Source: Naegleria gruberi
Taxonomy: Eukaryota
Length of the DNA stretch: 1,824 bases
NCBI GenBank assembly: GCA_000004985.1
Contig: GG739322.1
Direction: 5' to 3' (one strand)
Shown: piece by piece, positions 1-1,824 of the stretch
Numbering within the stretch: position 1 is the first letter of the stretch
How the letters are laid out: each line of letters begins with the position of its first letter
Translations under genes and position numbers: made by a program
The notes under the pieces: generated by a model
Databases searched by the model: none
What the model was told of the DNA's origin: nothing
What the model saw: the letters and a program-made list of their open reading frames with translations, nothing else

Positions 1-110
1 TTCATAATCTTTTGGAGTTACATAGAATGAAGTGGTATCAATGAGTGGACAATCAGCAGTTGTTTCATTATGTTCTTTCAAATACATTGAATGTGGATCA
101 ATTGACACTA
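1..110 (-). CDS. Putative second coding exon of the RGS gene, partial, running off the window start.
   Basis: Joining the first base of the GGT codon (the G at 246) to 110 downward gives GTA (Val). It then reads VSIDPHSMYLKEHNETTADCPLIDTTSFYVTPKDYE with no stop to position 1. Composition is not low-complexity and GC is higher than in the proposed intron. The acceptor (gacAG) is weaker than the TTTCAG consensus. Confidence 0.3.
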
Positions 111-245
111 CTGTCAAATTTTACAAAAAAATTTACAATAAATTTTACAATAATTTCAATTTTCCAATTTTCCAATTATTTCCATTATTCCAAAACATAT
201 TTTCCATTATTAATTTTCCAAATTTACAAAAAAAACTCAACTCAC
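111..245 (-). other. Probable intron of the RGS gene, 135 nt, phase 1, built from AT-rich short tandem repeats.
   Basis: The minus-strand donor GTGAGTT sits at 245-239. A candidate acceptor aatttgacAG ends at 111 and is preceded by a T-rich tract (tttttttgtaaaatttgacag). The interval is about 20% GC, against about 35% in the flanks, and consists of tandem motifs (aattttacaat, ttttccaatt x2, ttccattatt x2). If this region is read as coding it gives only a low-complexity tail (ELSFFCKFGKLIMENMFWNNGNNWKIGKLKLL). Confidence 0.4.
119..235. repeat. AT-rich low-complexity region of short tandem repeats, bounded by direct repeats of (a)atttacaaaaaaa at 119-131 and 222-234.
   Basis: Repeated motifs are visible directly: aaatttacaat / aaattttacaat, ttttccaatt twice in tandem, ttccattatt twice, and the flanking ttttacaaaaaaa / atttacaaaaaaa copies. 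Confidence 0.6.
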
Positions 246-810
246 CATCATCATCTTTCTTATCTCCCAACATTTCAAAAATTGTTTCATTCTTTTTAAA
301 TTCCTTCATGATAAATTTTTTAAATTCTTTCGATCTGACAAATCTTGGAAAATTATCTTGTTTCAATTCTGTAAAAATTACATCTTGAGCATTGGCAAAT
401 AAATCTGAAGGACATGTCAATAATTCCAAATTTGGCAGGTTTTGATTCTTTTCCAAGATTTGAGCATGTTGTTTTAGAATTTCATTTCTGATAGCCATTG
501 ACATGTTTAATTCATGTTTTGAGTTGACAACAATAAATTGATTGATAATGTCAGCTGCCAATTCTAAACGATTCTTGTCTAATCTTGTTTTTTGATAGTT
601 TTCGACCATTTCGTAGAACATGAAAGGTTCTTCATTTAAACAAACTTTCTTTAAATATTTACGAAAGGTATCTCTTGCTGGAGAATAATCGAATATTGCT
701 TCTATACGAAACTTGTATTCGGATAAGAGAGTTTCTATTCTATCGGAAGATGATTGTTTGGATGAACTTCCTCTAGGCGTAGAAACTGTCGAATGTTCGT
801 CGTTTAGCAT
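246..810 (-). CDS. RGS (regulator of G-protein signalling) domain protein, first coding exon. It contains the ATG and the complete RGS domain at roughly 309-738. If the GTGAGT donor at 240-245 is not used, the ORF instead runs on to the TAA at 145-147.
   Basis: A 221-codon minus-strand ORF whose ATG (808-810) follows an in-frame TAA two codons upstream. The translation carries RGS-box hallmarks: IFDYSPARDTFRKYLKKVCLNEEPFMFYEMVENYQK matches the conserved F..FL..E.SEEN..FW.A.E.YKK region, AADIINQFIVVNSKHELNMSMAIRNEI matches the A.eIY..Fi...ap.EvNld..tRe region, and AQDVIFTELKQDNFPRFVRSKEFKKFI matches Aq..If.lMekDsYpRFlkS..Y..l. The N-terminus is Ser-rich (STVSTPRGSSSKQSSS). On the minus strand the sequence reads GATGATGATG|GTGAGTTGAG at 255-236, a consensus nematode 5' splice donor. 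Confidence 0.75.
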
Positions 811-1088
811 TTCTTATTGTTATTCGAAATCTTTCCAATAATTAATTTTTCGAATGATGATGAACTTTGTGATGAAATTAACGTGGAATTGTTTGTCTTG
901 CAAGAAGAACACAGACAGCCACACAGAAACGGTATTTTTTTTAGGAAATTTGCTGTCAAACTCGCTTTGATAATTGACAGTCGTAAAACGCCAAATGAGG
1001 CACATATTTGCGTACTTAAAAGTTCAGATAAAATTGATTACAATATTGAATTTTGCCTATTCTAAAATTGTTTCGAAAGGATTCTTCA
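811..1088 (-). promoter_or_regulatory. 5' flanking region, probably the promoter and 5' UTR, of the minus-strand RGS gene.
   Basis: It lies immediately upstream, on the minus strand, of the ATG at 808-810. There is no supported coding sequence. It is AT-rich and carries GATA-like hexamers (TGATAA 967-972, AGATAA 1026-1031). This is a positional inference only. Confidence 0.3.
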
Positions 1089-1114
1089 TACAGCACGTTT
1101 ACTTCAAGTTTGAC
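1089..1114. repeat. Left terminal inverted repeat of the MITE, including the TA target-site duplication.
   Basis: Its reverse complement matches 1462-1487 at 25 of 26 positions. TA is followed by a CAG terminus. Confidence 0.7.
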
Positions 1115-1461
1115 AAGATTTGGGGAAATTAAAATTGTTTTTTTTAAAATTTAAAGTATTTCATCTTTCAATTTTGATTTGGCAAGTAAACTCAACTTCA
1201 TTTGAAAAGAATCTGTAACGATAATATTTTATTCAACAAAATGCTAATTTCTCGATGGAATTAAGGTAGTTTTGAAATCTGACTTCAAATTATGAATCCT
1301 CGCATTGACATACCCCTTGGGGTGGCAGCATTCTCAAAAATATGTAGAAATGAGTAAGAACGAGTGGTTAGGTGTTGTTCAATTGAAATGCTTATTTTGG
1401 ATTTGACAGCAGAAGAACAACAAAATTTTTTCTAAACAATTTATTTTCTTTCAAAAAACGC

Positions 1462-1487
1462 GTCAAATTTGAAGTAAACGTGCTGTA
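1462..1487. repeat. Right terminal inverted repeat of the MITE, including the TA target-site duplication.
   Basis: It matches the reverse complement of 1089-1114 at 25 of 26 positions. It ends ...CTG followed by TA. Confidence 0.7.
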
Positions 1488-1602
1488 CAGTTCATATTAA
1501 CGAAATTTAATTTTTTATTCGAAACTCTTCAAGTATTTTGAAAAATTAAAAATTTCAAAAAGAAAATTGTAGTGAGATTACAAAATGCAAAAAATTTGTT
1601 AT

Positions 1603-1609
1603 CTTCCAG
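1603..1609 (+). promoter_or_regulatory. Candidate 3' splice / SL trans-splice acceptor (tcTTCCAG) about 70 nt upstream of the plus-strand ATG.
   Basis: The sequence ttgttatcTTCCAG|ttcacc is a close match to the nematode TTTCAG acceptor consensus. It lies in otherwise non-coding 5' flank and the nearest downstream ATG is the signal-peptide start at 1680. The overlapping TTATCT (1597-1602) is the reverse complement of a GATA site. Confidence 0.25.
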
Positions 1610-1679
1610 TTCACCAATTTGAAAACCATTTCGCTTCTCATCAATCAAAAGTCAAATTTCCAATAACATCACAAAAAAA

Positions 1680-1824
1680 ATGAAATTACTTTACACCTTG
1701 ACATTCCTCGTGATTTTAGCATGTGGTATTCTTGCTTTTGATCAAGAAACCTATCAACCACTTTCTGAAACAGCTGTCAGAGATCATTTCCTTGATTTTA
1801 CTCGTAAATTCCAAAGATTTTACA
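1680..1824 (+). CDS. N-terminal 48 codons of a secreted protein with a cleavable signal peptide. It is partial and continues beyond the window. It may be a cathepsin-L-type (I29 propeptide) precursor, but that is unproven.
   Basis: The start context is acaAAAAAAAATG. The translation is MKLLYTLTFLVILACGILAFDQETYQPLSETAVRDHFLDFTRKFQRFY. That is one basic residue and then about 16 hydrophobic residues, ending in a small-residue cleavage motif (ILA|FD), so a classic signal peptide. It stays open to the window edge. FLDFTRKFQRFY has the same spacing of aromatic and basic residues as the W..WK..H.K.Y opening of cathepsin propeptides. The ORF is absent from the supplied track only because it is shorter than the track's length cutoff and is truncated by the window. 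Confidence 0.55.
   Translation, partial: MKLLYTLTFLVILACGILAFDQETYQPLSETAVRDHFLDFTRKFQRFY

Larger units (their letters stand above)
1089..1487. mobile_element. Tc1/mariner-type MITE (non-autonomous miniature inverted-repeat transposable element), about 395 bp plus TA target-site duplications.
   Basis: Left end 1089-1114 is TACAGCACGTTTACTTCAAGTTTGAC. Its reverse complement differs at one position (25/26) from right end 1462-1487, GTCAAATTTGAAGTAAACGTGCTGTA. The element proper starts CAGCACG at 1091 and ends CGTGCTG at 1485. It is flanked on each side by TA (1089-1090 and 1486-1487), the Tc1/mariner hallmark. The interior is AT-rich with no ORF, and weaker inverted similarity extends about 20 bp further inward (aaattaaaattg vs aaaataaattg). 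Confidence 0.65.

Noticed and set aside
45-299. Plus-strand ORF of 84 aa (MDNQQLFHYVLSNTLNVDQLTLLSNFTKKFTINF...HHHHLSYLP...)
   Set aside because: Same antisense, low-complexity situation as 32-388, which it overlaps in another frame. The HHHH run is simply the antisense of the GAT GAT GAT (DDD) codons of the RGS gene.
32-388. Plus-strand ORF of 118 aa (MVSMSGQSAVVSLCSFKYIECGS...FPIFQLFPLFQNIFSIINFPNLQKK...)
   Set aside because: It lies antisense to the RGS exon and to the repeat-filled intron. Its middle is a translation of the tandem AT-rich repeats, so it is low complexity and F/N/I-rich. It has no recognisable domain. The frame is open only because the region is stop-poor on several frames.
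817-1065. Plus-strand ORF of 82 aa and overlapping minus-strand ORF of 61 aa (820-1005) in the intergenic region
   Set aside because: The two overlap each other on opposite strands. Neither has a plausible start context, splice signals, signal peptide or domain resemblance. The region reads as promoter DNA for the RGS gene.
1308-1330. G/C-rich patch ccccttggggtggcagc inside the MITE, checked for a palindromic binding site or hairpin
   Set aside because: It is not actually self-complementary: the reverse complement of ccccttgggg is ccccaagggg. No second copy is visible in the window. It is most likely just internal element sequence.
1726-1773. Possible 48-nt intron (GTATTC...AAACAG) inside the signal-peptide gene
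   Set aside because: Both splice sites are weak: GTATTC is poor from +3 onward and aaacAG lacks the T-rich tract. The interval is not AT-enriched like genuine nematode introns. Unspliced translation already gives a coherent signal peptide plus mature sequence. The length is a multiple of 3, so the frame is not diagnostic.
1-1824. Prokaryotic interpretation: operon, defence island, CRISPR array, phage genes
   Set aside because: There are no Shine-Dalgarno motifs, no tightly packed co-directional ORFs, and no direct-repeat/spacer array. What is present instead is a GT-AG intron signal, a poly-A start context, a TA-duplicating Tc1/mariner-type MITE and a eukaryotic RGS domain. The window is best explained as nematode nuclear DNA.

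Overview
This window is AT-rich and looks eukaryotic, most like a Caenorhabditis-type nematode, and holds no prokaryotic defence or phage system. Reasons: a GGTGAGTT splice-donor consensus, TTTCAG/TTCCAG-type acceptors, an A-run directly before an ATG, a TA-flanked CAG...CTG transposon terminus, and no Shine-Dalgarno or operon organisation. I see two divergently oriented protein-coding genes and a small transposon between them. (1) Minus strand, 810 down to about 246: a single long exon encoding a complete Regulator-of-G-protein-Signalling (RGS) domain protein with a Ser-rich N-terminus. A GTGAGT donor at 240-245 marks a probable 135-nt AT-rich intron (111-245) made of short tandem repeats, followed by a candidate exon at 110-1 that stays open to the window edge. 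The alternative is an unspliced protein ending at the TAA at 145-147 after a low-complexity tail. (2) The intergenic region 811-1679 contains a ~399-bp Tc1/mariner-type MITE (miniature inverted-repeat transposable element) at 1089-1487, with 26-bp terminal inverted repeats (25/26 identical), TA target-site duplications and CAG termini. (3) Plus strand, 1680 to the window end: the first 48 codons of a gene with a textbook N-terminal signal peptide. It has an AAAAAAAATG start context and a possible trans-splice acceptor at 1603-1609, and its first mature residues loosely resemble the start of a cathepsin-L-type I29 propeptide. The plus-strand ORFs at 32-388 and 45-299 and both ORFs around 817-1065 read as non-coding artefacts.
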